Assembly (NCBI GenBank): GCA_022822265.1
Contig: JAJECA010000050.1
Location: forward strand, 81,075-145,074
DNA from: Acidimicrobiia bacterium
GTDB taxonomy: Bacteria; Actinomycetota; Acidimicrobiia; Acidimicrobiales; Bin134
DNA length: 64,000 nt
Direction: 5' to 3'
Position numbers and translations under genes: made by a program. The notes below the pieces were generated by a model. The model was not told the DNA's origin, did no database searches, and was given only the letters and a program-made list of their open reading frames with translations. Positions 16,355-26,357 of this stretch are shown one piece after another (position 1 is the stretch's first letter; each line of letters opens with the position of its first letter).

Positions 16355-17485
16355 ATGTCAGAGATCACCCCGTTCACCGTCGAAATATCCGACGCTGCGC
16401 TGGACGACCTTCAACGCCGCTTGAGGGATGCCCGCTGGCCCGATCAGCTCCCCGACGCCGGCTGGGACTACGGCGCAGAGATGGGCTACATCCAGGAACT
16501 GGCCAGTTACTGGGCCGACGAGTACGACTGGCGGGCCGCGGAGGCGGAGCTGAACGAACTCGACCACTTCACCACCACCATCGACGGCCAGAACATCCAC
16601 TTCATCCACCAGCGCTCCTCCCACCCCGACGCCTATCCGCTGATCATCAGCCACGGTTGGCCGGGCACGGTGGTGGAGTTCCTCGACATCATCGGGCTAC
16701 TGACCGAGCCTGATGACCCCGCCGATGCCTTCCATGTGATCGCCCCGTCGCTCCCGGGCTACGGCTTCTCGGGGCCGACCGCCGACCGGGGATGGGACAC
16801 CGTCCGCACTGCCAAGGCATTTTCCGAGCTGATGGGGCGCCTGGGATACGACCGCTACGGAGCCCAGGGGGGTGATTGGGGCTCGATGATCTCCCAGAAC
16901 ATCGGCCGCTGTGACCCCGATCACTGCGAGGCTGTCCATGTGAACTTCTTGTTCGCCACGGCTCCTGAGGAAGGGCCCGGCGAACTCACCGATACCGAGC
17001 AGGCCGGGTTGGGCCGGGCCAACCTCTATTTCACCGAGGGCGCGGGCTACATGCAGATCCAGAGCACCAAGCCCCAGACCCTGGCCTATGGCTTGACCGA
17101 CTCCGCCGTCGGACAGCTGGCCTGGATCGCCGAGAAATTCCTGGCCTGGACCGACAACGACGGCACCATCGAATCGGCGGTGAGCCGGGATCGACTTCTC
17201 ACCAACATCTCCCTTTACTGGTTCACAGCCACCGGGGGATCGTCGGCCCGCATGTACTACGAGACGTTGCGCCCTGGTGCAGCCGGATTGCGCGGCCCTC
17301 TCAGCACCCCTCTGGGGATGGCCAGCTTTCCCATGGAGATAATGCAGGCCCCCCGGCGCTGGTTGGAGGACAACTACAACATCGTCCACTGGTCCGACAT
17401 GGATGAGGGGGGCCACTTCGCGGCCATGGAGGAGCCCGAGGCCCTGGCCCAGGACATCCGCGAGTTCTTCCGCCGCTTTCGGTAG
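16355..17485 (+). CDS. Epoxide hydrolase (alpha/beta hydrolase with EH N-terminal domain)
   Basis: ITPFTVEISDAALDDLQRRL..ARWP, HGWPGTVVEF and GGDWGS. ATG at 16355 is preceded by GAGGAG. Confidence 0.85.
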   Translation: MSEITPFTVEISDAALDDLQRRLRDARWPDQLPDAGWDYGAEMGYIQELASYWADEYDWRAAEAELNELDHFTTTIDGQNIHFIHQRSSHPDAYPLIISHGWPGTVVEFLDIIGLLTEPDDPADAFHVIAPSLPGYGFSGPTADRGWDTVRTAKAFSELMGRLGYDRYGAQGGDWGSMISQNIGRCDPDHCEAVHVNFLFATAPEEGPGELTDTEQAGLGRANLYFTEGAGYMQIQSTKPQTLAYGLTDSAVGQLAWIAEKFLAWTDNDGTIESAVSRDRLLTNISLYWFTATGGSSARMYYETLRPGAAGLRGPLSTPLGMASFPMEIMQAPRRWLEDNYNIVHWSDMDEGGHFAAMEEPEALAQDIREFFRRFR

Positions 17486-17497
17486 TAATACATCACT

Positions 17498-18883
17498 ATG
17501 AGGATGCCGTCGCTGCCTCAGGGATTGGCCGCCAGAGCGGCCCGGGGAGCAGGCCGGCTATCCCAGAAGCTCGGACGGGGCGGCGGCACCACCATTCCTG
17601 GCCTGCTGCTCAGCCGCTTGCGACCAGAGGCCACCGCAGAGATGGCCCGTTCAGTTTCCGGCGGCGTGATCCTCATTTCGGGAACCAACGGCAAAACCAC
17701 CACCGCCCGGCTAGTTCGGGCCGCACTAGACACCAACGGCGCCCGCGTGGTGGCCAACACTGCCGGCTCCAATCTGGAGCGGGGGGTGGCCACTGCCCTG
17801 CTCGACGCAGATGGGGCCGAAATTGCCCTGTTCGAAGTCGACGAGGCCGCCCTGCCGGGACTGATGGCCCAAACCGAGCCGCGGGTAGTCACCCTGATGA
17901 ACCTGTTCCGGGACCAGCTTGACCGCTATGGCGAGCTCGAACACCTGGTCGACCGCTGGCGGGGCGCGGTGGCCGAACTCGACCCAGCCGCAACCGTGAT
18001 CTACAACGCCGACGATCCTGCGGTGGCCGAAATTGCCGCCCGGCATCCCAACACGGTGTCATACGGCATTGAAGACCCCCGGGTGGGCCGCGACCGCTTG
18101 CCCCACGCGGCCGACACCACCGAGTGCCGCCACTGTGGCGCTTCACTGCACTACGAAATGGTCACCATCGCCCACCTCGGCCGTTGGTCCTGTTCGGAGT
18201 GCGGTTTGGCCCGGTCCCAGCCCGATGTCCAAGCCACCCGGGTGGAGTTGCACGGTTTGGACGGCCAGCGACTCTCCATCGCCACTCCCCGGGGACCGAT
18301 TGAGCTGTCGCTGAGGCTGCCGGGCATGCACAACTCCTACAACGCCTTGGCCGCCACCGCCACCTCCATCGCTCTCGACCTTGCCCCCGAGGCCTTCGGC
18401 CCCGCGCTGGCCAAGCGGGAAGCGGCATTCGGACGGGCCGAGCGCACCCAGATCGGCAACGTCAGAGTGACCACGCTGCTGGCCAAGAACCCGGCCGGGG
18501 CCAATGAGAACATCCGCACCATGCTGCTGGAAGACCATCCACTCCACCTGCTGGTGCTGCTCAACGACCGCACCGCAGACGGGCAGGACGTGTCGTGGAT
18601 CTGGGATGTGGACTACGAGCTGCTGCTGGACAGCGGCCGGCTGGCGTCGCTCACGGTGGGCGGCGATCGGGGCTACGACATGGCGCTGCGCTTCCGCTAC
18701 GCCGGATTCGACCCCCAGCGACTCTCGGTCGTTCCCTCGGTGTCCGCCGGGCTGAATACCGCCCTGGGGGCCAGCGAAACCGACGGCCACCTCTACGTTC
18801 TGCCCACCTACACCGCCCTGCTCGAGTTCCAGGCGGTGCTGGCCGAACGGGGGCTCGTCCCCGCCTTCTGGGAGGACGAATGA
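17498..18883 (+). CDS. murT: Lipid II isoglutaminyl synthase subunit MurT (Mur ligase family)
   Basis: SGTNGKTTT, the Cys4 ribbon CRHCG...CSECG, a DUF1727-like C-terminus, and coupling to gatD by an ATGA overlap. Confidence 0.88.
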   Translation: MRMPSLPQGLAARAARGAGRLSQKLGRGGGTTIPGLLLSRLRPEATAEMARSVSGGVILISGTNGKTTTARLVRAALDTNGARVVANTAGSNLERGVATALLDADGAEIALFEVDEAALPGLMAQTEPRVVTLMNLFRDQLDRYGELEHLVDRWRGAVAELDPAATVIYNADDPAVAEIAARHPNTVSYGIEDPRVGRDRLPHAADTTECRHCGASLHYEMVTIAHLGRWSCSECGLARSQPDVQATRVELHGLDGQRLSIATPRGPIELSLRLPGMHNSYNALAATATSIALDLAPEAFGPALAKREAAFGRAERTQIGNVRVTTLLAKNPAGANENIRTMLLEDHPLHLLVLLNDRTADGQDVSWIWDVDYELLLDSGRLASLTVGGDRGYDMALRFRYAGFDPQRLSVVPSVSAGLNTALGASETDGHLYVLPTYTALLEFQAVLAERGLVPAFWEDE

Positions 18884-19626
18884 GCATCGGTGACTCCCAA
18901 GTCAGGCTGTGTCATCTGTACCCGGATCACCTGAACATCTACGCCGACCGGGGAAACATCGCAGTGCTCGCTCGTCGCCTCGAGTGGCGGGGATTGACAC
19001 TGGAAATCACCGAAGCGGGGCTCGGCGATCCCATCGCCGACGACTGCCACTTCTACTACCTGGGCGGGGGCCAAGACCGCGACCAGATGCTGGTGGCCGA
19101 AGACCTAGCCCACAAGGCCGACCCTCTGCGCCATGCCGCCGAAGACGGAGCAGTGGTGCTGGGGGTGTGCGGCGGCTACCAGCTCTTGGGTCACGGCTAC
19201 ACGGCGGCCGACGGCCAGCGCATGCACGGAATAGGGCTGCTGGACTTGGAGACCACCGCCGGAAGCAGCCGCCTCATCGGCGATGTGGTGCTCGACGTCA
19301 CCCTCAACGGCCAGTCCCGCACGGTGGTCGGCTATGAGAACCACGCCGGGCGCACTTATCTGGGCGGGGGGTGCACGCCGCTCGGCCACTTGCGCCGAGG
19401 GCACGGCAACAACGGAGACGACGGCTGTGAGGGAGCGGTGGCCGGCCGTCGAGTGGGCACGTACCTGCACGGACCGCTGCTGCCCAAGAATCCCTGGCTG
19501 GCCGATACCCTGCTGGGCTGGGCCCTGGACCACGCCGAGTGCCCCGTTGAATTGGAACCATTGGACGACGACCTCGAACGGTCGGCCCATGCCGTTGCCG
19601 CCACCAGAGCAGGACGAAAGCGATAA
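18880..19626 (+). CDS. gatD: Lipid II isoglutaminyl synthase glutaminase subunit GatD (CobQ-type GATase)
   Basis: LCHLYPDHLNIYADRGN, catalytic VCGGYQLLG, and YENHAGRT. The ORF-track extension back to 18595 is out-of-frame overlap with murT. Confidence 0.88.
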   Translation: MSIGDSQVRLCHLYPDHLNIYADRGNIAVLARRLEWRGLTLEITEAGLGDPIADDCHFYYLGGGQDRDQMLVAEDLAHKADPLRHAAEDGAVVLGVCGGYQLLGHGYTAADGQRMHGIGLLDLETTAGSSRLIGDVVLDVTLNGQSRTVVGYENHAGRTYLGGGCTPLGHLRRGHGNNGDDGCEGAVAGRRVGTYLHGPLLPKNPWLADTLLGWALDHAECPVELEPLDDDLERSAHAVAATRAGRKR

Positions 19627-19631
19627 GCCCA

Positions 19632-20582
19632 ATGCCAGACAGCGCCCCCCGACCGATCATCATCGACACCGACCCCGGCCAGGACGACGCCATCGCCATC
19701 TTGGCCGCATTGGCTTCCCCTGAGCTGGAGGTTTTGGGCATCACCGCGGTGGCCGGCAACGTGCCCCTGGAACTGACCGCCCGCAACGCCCTCATCCTGG
19801 TGGAGCTGGCCGGGCGCCCCGAGGTGCCGGTGTTCGCGGGCTGCGACCGCCCGCTGCGCCGGGACCTGGTCACCGCCGAGCACGTCCACGGCAAAACCGG
19901 CATCGACGGCGCCGACCTGCCCGATCCCTCCGCTGCCCTGCAATCCCAGCACGCGGTGGAATGGATGATCGAGACGCTCTTGGCCGCCGGGGAGCGGGAG
20001 ATCACCGTCTGCCCGGTGGGACCCATGACCAACGTGGCCACCGTGCTGGAGAGCGCCCCCGAAGCGGCCAGGAACATCCGGGAGATCGTATGCATGGGCG
20101 GCGGATTCTTCGGCGGGGGCAACACCACGCCCACCGCGGAGTTCAACGTGTTCGTCGATCCCGACGCCGCCCAGATCGTGCTTCACTGCGGTGCCCCGGT
20201 CACCATGCTCCCCCTCGACGTGACCCACAAGGCGCTGATGACCGACGCCTGGATCAACCAGGTGCGGGGGTTGGGCACCCGTACCGGAGCGGCCGCCGCG
20301 GGGATGCTGGACTTCTACGAGCGCTACGACGTGGACAAGTACGGCACCACCGGCGGCCCCCTCCACGATCCCAACGTGATCGCCTACCTGCTGCGCCCCG
20401 ACCTCTACGACGGCCGCCACTGCAACGTGGAGGTGGAGACCGACTCCCCCCTCACCTTGGGCATGACCGTGGTGGACTGGTGGGACGTCACCGACCGGCC
20501 GCCCAACTGCCAGTTCATCACCGAAGTGGACTCCGAGGGCTTCTACGCCCTGCTTTTGGACCTCCTCGCCCGCCTGCCCTAG
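19632..20582 (+). CDS. Nucleoside hydrolase (IUNH family)
   Basis: N-terminal IIIDTDPGQDDAIAIL signature and EFNVFVDPDAA. Confidence 0.9.
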   Translation: MPDSAPRPIIIDTDPGQDDAIAILAALASPELEVLGITAVAGNVPLELTARNALILVELAGRPEVPVFAGCDRPLRRDLVTAEHVHGKTGIDGADLPDPSAALQSQHAVEWMIETLLAAGEREITVCPVGPMTNVATVLESAPEAARNIREIVCMGGGFFGGGNTTPTAEFNVFVDPDAAQIVLHCGAPVTMLPLDVTHKALMTDAWINQVRGLGTRTGAAAAGMLDFYERYDVDKYGTTGGPLHDPNVIAYLLRPDLYDGRHCNVEVETDSPLTLGMTVVDWWDVTDRPPNCQFITEVDSEGFYALLLDLLARLP

Positions 20583-20594
20583 CCGCGGTCCGGG

Positions 20595-21767
20595 TCAGTC
20601 GGTGCTGGCCACCAACGCTTCGATCTCCGCATCGTCGTAGCCCAGCTCGGCGAGGATCTCCTGCGTGTGGTGGCCGGGGTGGACGGGGCCGGTGCCCACT
20701 GCGGCCGGGGTGGCGGAAAATGTGAGGGGGAGCCGCAGCACCGCCAGCTCGCCGCCGTCAGGGTCGGGAACCATCGAAAAGATGTTCAGGTGCTCCACCT
20801 GGGGATCAGAGAATGTCTCGTCCACCGCCAGGACCGGCCCGCAAGGGCACCCGGCGGCGTTGAGCCGCTCCACCCATTCGGCGGTGGTGGCAGTAGCCAA
20901 GCGCCGTTCGATGATCAGGTCCAGTTCCCGCCGATGGGCCGTCCGGGTTTCGCGATCGGAGAATCGGGGATCGGTGGCCAGCTCGGGAGCGCCCAGCGCT
21001 TCAGCGAAGGTCTCCCACCGGGACATGGGGGCCACATTGACGTGCCCGTCGGCGGTGGCGAACATGCCCATCGGCACCACGGTTGGATGGTTGTTGCCCT
21101 CTTGAGGAGGCACCTCGCCGTCGATCAGCCAGCGAACCGCCTGAAAGTCCATGAAGTTGATGGCCGCCTCGAGTAACGACGTGTGGATCCACTGACCCCG
21201 CCCGGTGCGCTCCCGCGCCAACAGCGCGGCCAACACCCCCTGGGTGAGGAACGTTCCCGCCGCCGTGTCGGAGATGGCGATCCCCACCCTCCAAGGCCCG
21301 CTACCCGGTGGCCCGGTCACGCTCATGAGCCCGCTCAGCCCTTGGGCGATCTGGTCCACCCCCGGTCGGTCGGCATACGGGCCCTCTTGTCCAAATCCCG
21401 ACAGGCTGGCGTACACCAACCGGGGGTTGCGGGCCGAGAGCACCTCATAGCCGATGCCCAGGCGGTCTTTCACCGCCGGCCGATAGTTCTCCACCACAAC
21501 GTCGGCACGATCAGTCAGCCGGAAGAACGCCTCCCTGGCCTGATCGTCGGTCAAGTCGAGCACCATCGACCGCTTGTTGCGCTGGAGGTTGTAGGTGTCT
21601 GACCCGCCCAAAGAGTAGGGGCTGGGTTCCACGACGCGGATCACCGCGGCCCCCATATCGGCCAACTGCCGGGTGCAGGTCGGACCAGCCCGGGCCCTGG
21701 TGAGGTCGATAACCCGTAGGCCGTCGAGCGGCCCGCTTCCGGCCTCGGCTCGGTCGTACATGGCCAT
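20595..21767 (-). CDS. CaiB/BaiF family III CoA-transferase
   Basis: GPLDGLRVIDLTRARAGPTCTRQLADMGA, and about 390 aa. Confidence 0.85.
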   Translation of the reverse strand: MAMYDRAEAGSGPLDGLRVIDLTRARAGPTCTRQLADMGAAVIRVVEPSPYSLGGSDTYNLQRNKRSMVLDLTDDQAREAFFRLTDRADVVVENYRPAVKDRLGIGYEVLSARNPRLVYASLSGFGQEGPYADRPGVDQIAQGLSGLMSVTGPPGSGPWRVGIAISDTAAGTFLTQGVLAALLARERTGRGQWIHTSLLEAAINFMDFQAVRWLIDGEVPPQEGNNHPTVVPMGMFATADGHVNVAPMSRWETFAEALGAPELATDPRFSDRETRTAHRRELDLIIERRLATATTAEWVERLNAAGCPCGPVLAVDETFSDPQVEHLNIFSMVPDPDGGELAVLRLPLTFSATPAAVGTGPVHPGHHTQEILAELGYDDAEIEALVASTD

Positions 21768-21784
21768 CGTGCTACTACTACCCC

Positions 21785-22582
21785 ATGGCCCAGAGCGTGG
21801 ATACCGGAACCGACAAGCTGATCGCCGAGTTCGAGGGCGCGGTCGGCCGCATCGTGTTCAACAATCCCGAGCGGCACAACGCCATCACCACCGACATGTT
21901 CGCGGCGCTGGCCGTCGTTGTCGACGCCTACGAGCAAGACGCGGAGATCCGGGTGGTGGTCATCGCCGGTGCCGGGGGTCGGGCGTTCGCCTCCGGCGCC
22001 GACATCGGAAACTTGGACTCCGCTCGGGGCCCGAGCCGCAACCCCTCCCCCGACGATGCCCGAACCGGTCGAGGACCAGCCGCTCTCGGCCGCCTCAACA
22101 AGCCGCTGATCGCCGCGGTGGACGGCTACTGCCTTGGCGGTGGGCTCCTGGTGGCCCTTCACGCCGACTTTCTGGTGGCCACCGACCGATCGCAGTTCGG
22201 CATCCCCGCCGCCCGCCTGGGGGTCGGCTATCCCATCGAGGGCGTCGAGCAGCTGGTGTGCCGGGTGGGTGACGCCAATGCCGCGCGCGTCTTGATGACC
22301 GGGGACCGCTTCAGCGCCGATGAGGCCGCGGCCATGGGCTTGGCCTACAAGGTGGTGCCCGCCGATGAGCTCGACCGGGAGGTCGACAACCTCTGCACCC
22401 GCCTGGTGGCCAATGCTCCCCTTACTCTGCGGGCCGTGAAACTGTCGATCGGCGCGGCTGCGGGCCGGGGGGATCGACAGGCAGCCCTGGACGCCATCGC
22501 CGACTGCTGGGCCAGCGAGGACTTCGCCGAGGGCCGCGCTGCTTTCTCCGAACACCGCGAACCCCGTTTTCAGGGGCGTTGA
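21785..22582 (+). CDS. Enoyl-CoA hydratase/isomerase family
   Basis: FNNPERHNAI, GAGGRAFASGADI and AAVDGYCLGGG. Confidence 0.88.
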   Translation: MAQSVDTGTDKLIAEFEGAVGRIVFNNPERHNAITTDMFAALAVVVDAYEQDAEIRVVVIAGAGGRAFASGADIGNLDSARGPSRNPSPDDARTGRGPAALGRLNKPLIAAVDGYCLGGGLLVALHADFLVATDRSQFGIPAARLGVGYPIEGVEQLVCRVGDANAARVLMTGDRFSADEAAAMGLAYKVVPADELDREVDNLCTRLVANAPLTLRAVKLSIGAAAGRGDRQAALDAIADCWASEDFAEGRAAFSEHREPRFQGR

Positions 22583-22606
22583 GCATAAAATCCAACCACT
22601 AGAGCT

Positions 22607-23242
22607 ATGTCCTCAGCCGCCGTCTTCTTCGTCTTTCTGCTGATCATGCTGGCGCTGGCCACCCTGGCCATCATCTTGGACTGGATGGGCAAGCCGATCC
22701 GACGCACCTTTCGGCCCCGCACCACGGGTACACCGGGGTGGCTGATAGTTGACGCTCCAGTGCCACCCGAGGTTCCCGACACCGCGTCAGCGCCGGGCAT
22801 CATCAGCGAACCTCTGGCGCTCCCGCCTGAACCTGCCAACAGCCAACAGCCAGAGGATTCCCCCGCCCCTCCTACAGAGCCTCCCGCCGAATACCCCGCC
22901 CTCAACCCCGCCCCCCAGCCAGAGCAGCCAACGTCGCCGGGGCCGTGGCAGGCGGGCGAATCCATCTTCAAGCTCACCCCCCGGGGAACCCCGCCGTCGA
23001 TTACCGCCGTGCGCCGCCGCTACTGGAAGAACCTGTCCGAGCGCTCCTCCTCAGCGGTGTTCGGCGAGAACAACCGGACGCTGATGGCCGTCGGACAAGC
23101 TCCTCAGCGCTTCAACCCCCGGACCGGGGCCATCGAGGAGCTGAGCCTGCCCGAGTCCATGCTGCGCTATTGCTGGGCCACCAAGCGCAGGCCCACCCCC
23201 AGATGGGATGACCAGGGCCTCGACCCCTTTGCCCGGCCATGA
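22607..23242 (+). CDS. Hypothetical membrane-anchored, Pro-rich protein
   Basis: N-terminal TM helix (AAVFFVFLLIMLALATLAIIL), a Pro-rich linker of about 80 aa, and an unrecognised C-terminal domain of about 90 aa. Confidence 0.5.
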   Translation: MSSAAVFFVFLLIMLALATLAIILDWMGKPIRRTFRPRTTGTPGWLIVDAPVPPEVPDTASAPGIISEPLALPPEPANSQQPEDSPAPPTEPPAEYPALNPAPQPEQPTSPGPWQAGESIFKLTPRGTPPSITAVRRRYWKNLSERSSSAVFGENNRTLMAVGQAPQRFNPRTGAIEELSLPESMLRYCWATKRRPTPRWDDQGLDPFARP

Positions 23243-23697
23243 CGGCCAACTCCACACTCAGCGATCTGTTTGCCGACGGAGCCGAGACCGTTGAGCATCG
23301 CGGGAGCGACGTTCGGCCGCTTCTGCGCTTGGCGGCCTCGGAGGGCACCAAGGTGCGGGTAGAGCGGATCGCCGCCCGACCCGATCGGCGCCAAGCCCTC
23401 AAGCTGGCCGCGGTGAACGGGCTCCTCGAAGTGAACGGGGCCACTTCGGAGATCATCTCCCTTTGGTCCGACACCAGCCCGATCGAAGTGGAGCTGACAG
23501 TGATCGGCGCCAAGGCCCGGCGTTTGGAGGTGTGGAATGCCTGGGATCTGGGGGGCTTGGAGACGGCCTGGCTGGGCAACGCCGGCATGATTGTCGAAAA
23601 GGCCGAGCGCCACTTGTCCCTGCATTGCAGCGACGGCCTCGGTCCACCCAACTTCACCGACCTCCAAGTGCGCCTTTCAGTGGCTCAACCGGGCTGA
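23239..23697 (+). CDS. Hypothetical protein coupled to the 22607 gene
   Basis: ATGA overlap with the upstream gene; normal codon usage; no motif recognised. Confidence 0.5.
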   Translation: MTANSTLSDLFADGAETVEHRGSDVRPLLRLAASEGTKVRVERIAARPDRRQALKLAAVNGLLEVNGATSEIISLWSDTSPIEVELTVIGAKARRLEVWNAWDLGGLETAWLGNAGMIVEKAERHLSLHCSDGLGPPNFTDLQVRLSVAQPG

Positions 23698-23715
23698 TTC
23701 GCGGCAAGCTTAGAC

Positions 23716-24972
23716 ATGGCCATCTCGCTCGACGACCTCACTGCTGACACCTCTTTCACCCAGCACGTCAAGGGCCAGGTCACCTTTCTGCCCGAGCCTG
23801 AGCGGGCCGATCGGTGGACGCCGATGATCTCGGTGGACGACCACATTGTGGAGCCCCCTGGGGCGTTCGCCGATCGATTCCCGGCCAAATATGCCGACGA
23901 CGCTCCTCGGGTGGCCACCCTTGACGACGGATCGGAGACCTGGCTGTATGCCGGCCACTCGCTGCCCAACGTTGGGTTCAACGCAGTGGTGGGCCGCCCC
24001 GTCAGCGAGTACAGCTTCGAACCCACCCGCTTCGAGGACATGCGCCGGGGCTCATGGGACATCGACGCCCGAATCGCCGATATGGACCTCAACGGGGTCT
24101 ACGCCTCGCTGTGCTTCCCGTCGTTTCTGCCCGGCTTCTGCGGACAGCGGTTCCAGCAGCTCACCGACGACCCCGATCTGGCTCTAGCCGCGGTGCGGGC
24201 CTGGAACGACTGGAACATCGAGGAGTGGTCCGGGGCCTATCCCGACCGCATGATCCCGTGTCAGCTCACCTACTTCCTCGACCCCGAGGTGGGCGCAGCC
24301 GAGGTGTACCGCAATGCCGAGCGGGGCTACAAGGCCATCAGCTTCTCCGAGGCCCCCCACTCATTGGGCTTCCCCTCGCTGCACTCGGGCCACTGGGACC
24401 CGATCATGGCCGCCTGTGAGGAGACCGAGACCGTGGTGTGCCTGCACGTCGGCTCCTCGGGCACCTCGCCGGCCACCTCCCCCGACGCTCCGTCCGACAC
24501 CGTGGGGGTGCTGTTCTTCGGCTACGCCATGTTCGCCGCGGTCGATTGGCTGTACTCCAAGATCCCGGTGCGCTTCCCCAATATCAAGATCGCCCTCAGC
24601 GAGGGGGGTCTGGGCTGGGTGGCCGGGCTGTTGGACCGCCTGGAGCACGTCCGCAAGTACGACTCCATGTACGGCACCTGGAACGACGTGGAGCTCTCCC
24701 CCGCCGACACCCTGCGCCGCAACTTCTGGTTCTGCGCCATAGACGACCCCTCGGCATTCGACCACCGCCACTACATGGGCCTGGAGAACCTGATGGTGGA
24801 GTCCGACTACCCCCACGCCGACTCCACCTGGCCCAACACCCAGGAGTTGCTCCGCAAGCAGCTCGCCGGCATCCCCGACGACGAGGTGGCCCGCATCTGC
24901 TGGGCCAACGCCAGCGACCTCTTCCGCCACCCCATCTCCGACTCGGTGATCGCCGACCCCAACAGCTTCTAG
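23716..24972 (+). CDS. Amidohydrolase_2 family metal-dependent hydrolase
   Basis: ISVDDHIVEPP..., SDYPHADSTWPNT. Clear paralogue of the 53103 gene. Confidence 0.85.
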   Translation: MAISLDDLTADTSFTQHVKGQVTFLPEPERADRWTPMISVDDHIVEPPGAFADRFPAKYADDAPRVATLDDGSETWLYAGHSLPNVGFNAVVGRPVSEYSFEPTRFEDMRRGSWDIDARIADMDLNGVYASLCFPSFLPGFCGQRFQQLTDDPDLALAAVRAWNDWNIEEWSGAYPDRMIPCQLTYFLDPEVGAAEVYRNAERGYKAISFSEAPHSLGFPSLHSGHWDPIMAACEETETVVCLHVGSSGTSPATSPDAPSDTVGVLFFGYAMFAAVDWLYSKIPVRFPNIKIALSEGGLGWVAGLLDRLEHVRKYDSMYGTWNDVELSPADTLRRNFWFCAIDDPSAFDHRHYMGLENLMVESDYPHADSTWPNTQELLRKQLAGIPDDEVARICWANASDLFRHPISDSVIADPNSF

Positions 24973-25139
24973 GACCGTCCAGACCCGGCAATTGCCTGCC
25001 TTCTCAGGTGCAGCTCATGGGCCGATTTGGATCGTTGCTTCTTGCATCCCCTGCTGACTTCATCAATGCATAGATCACATAGTTTCCGCATGCCTTTGAT
25101 ACATTCCGGCTGGAGTCAAACGAGGTTGGGGGTCCGCTC

Positions 25140-26318
25140 GTGCGATCGACACAGCAACGGAAGGAGAACGGTCGGCGGTTGCAATGGCAATGTCGCCTCC
25201 TAAGAGGCACACAAGCAGTCTCCATGCTGTGCGCGACGGCCCTCGTAATGATCGCGGCCTGCGGGGGAGGCTCGTCACCGACCGACACCGAATTCGACAT
25301 CAATCAAGGGACCACCTATCAGGAGGTATTCGATACGCTCACAACCGCCGAACAGGAGTGCATCCGCGGCGAACTCGATGATGAGCATTTCGATTCACCT
25401 TCGGAATGGACAGTCCTGGGAGAAGTTGCCCTTTCGGATTTGGGGATGGCCGCAACGGAAGAGGAGTGGGAGACAGCGCAGGCTACCAAAGCGGAATGGG
25501 ATGCTTCGTTGTACGGCTGTCTTCCCCCCGAGACTGCCCGCGGCCTGATTCTCGCGACAATGATCGGGTTGTTTGAATCGGAGATGGTCCAAGAAGATCT
25601 GGGCCCGGGGTTTGATGTGGAATTTGGCAACGACGAGAAGGAATGCCTGCAAGATTGGGTCCGCAGCATCGACCCTGCTGCCCTCTATACCGGTGAAGAC
25701 GGACTCGCAGCCGTCGGCGCCACTTTTGGCGTGATCTCCTGCGTACCCGACTTCCTGATCGCCGTCGCGGCCCAGGAACTGGGCGTGGAGCCCGAAGATC
25801 TGAGCGACGACGAAAGGGCATGCGTCCACCAATGGGCCCGCGACATCGACACCGCCGCGCTGACTGCTGATGAGTACGACCCCGCCGCCTTCGAAGCAGG
25901 CCTCGGTATGCTCGCCTGCTTCCCCGACCTATTCGCCTCGGAGACGACCCAGGAACGGGAAGCCCCGGGCGAAGAGTTCGCAGATGTCGGCCCTGACGAT
26001 CATGCTGACTGGTATGAGGACGCTACGGTCGCTGCGGTCGATGAACCCATCGAGGGGGCAATCGAAGTTCTTTATGACATCGATTACTTTGTCTTCCAAG
26101 CCGAAGCAGGCGTGGTCTACCAAATCGACGTAGCTCCGATAACGATGTCGGATCCATATGTGGCGCTGTATGACACCTTCGAAGAACTGGCCTACAGCGA
26201 CGACTACATTGATCTTGCCCCCCGCATTCAATGGGAGGCGCCAAGTTCGGGCACCTACTATGTCGCAGTCGAAGGATACGACTTGGGCACTTACACGCTC
26301 ACCATTGCTACCCCCTAG
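25140..26318 (+). CDS. Secreted acidic lipoprotein with Cys-pair modules and a C-terminal PPC (pre-peptidase C-terminal) domain
   Basis: Lipobox VMIAAC-GGGSS. There are three modules of the form ExC...(I/L)xC(x)PD. The C-terminus reads YDIDYFVFQAEAGVVYQIDV...GTYYVAVEGYDLGTYTLTI. An alternative ATG start lies at 25224. The region is lower in GC. Confidence 0.65.
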   Translation: MRSTQQRKENGRRLQWQCRLLRGTQAVSMLCATALVMIAACGGGSSPTDTEFDINQGTTYQEVFDTLTTAEQECIRGELDDEHFDSPSEWTVLGEVALSDLGMAATEEEWETAQATKAEWDASLYGCLPPETARGLILATMIGLFESEMVQEDLGPGFDVEFGNDEKECLQDWVRSIDPAALYTGEDGLAAVGATFGVISCVPDFLIAVAAQELGVEPEDLSDDERACVHQWARDIDTAALTADEYDPAAFEAGLGMLACFPDLFASETTQEREAPGEEFADVGPDDHADWYEDATVAAVDEPIEGAIEVLYDIDYFVFQAEAGVVYQIDVAPITMSDPYVALYDTFEELAYSDDYIDLAPRIQWEAPSSGTYYVAVEGYDLGTYTLTIATP

Positions 26319-26357
26319 GGAGGACTCTCCCTGAAGAACACCGCTGCTGATCCTGAG

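Noticed and set aside
18595-18879. ORF-track N-terminal extensions of real genes. These include GatD from 18595, thiolase from 56066, D-aminoacylase from 53982, MDR reductase from 48986, and enoyl-CoA hydratases from 46260, 59627 and 61264.
   Set aside because: The extensions overlap the preceding genes and are Arg/Pro-rich. Each family's conserved N-terminus begins at an internal ATG or GTG, often with an SD-like site or an ATGA/GTGA coupling.
19304-20420. 280-aa and 354-aa minus-strand ORFs.
   Set aside because: They run antisense to GatD and the nucleoside hydrolase, and their composition is typical of high-GC shadow frames.
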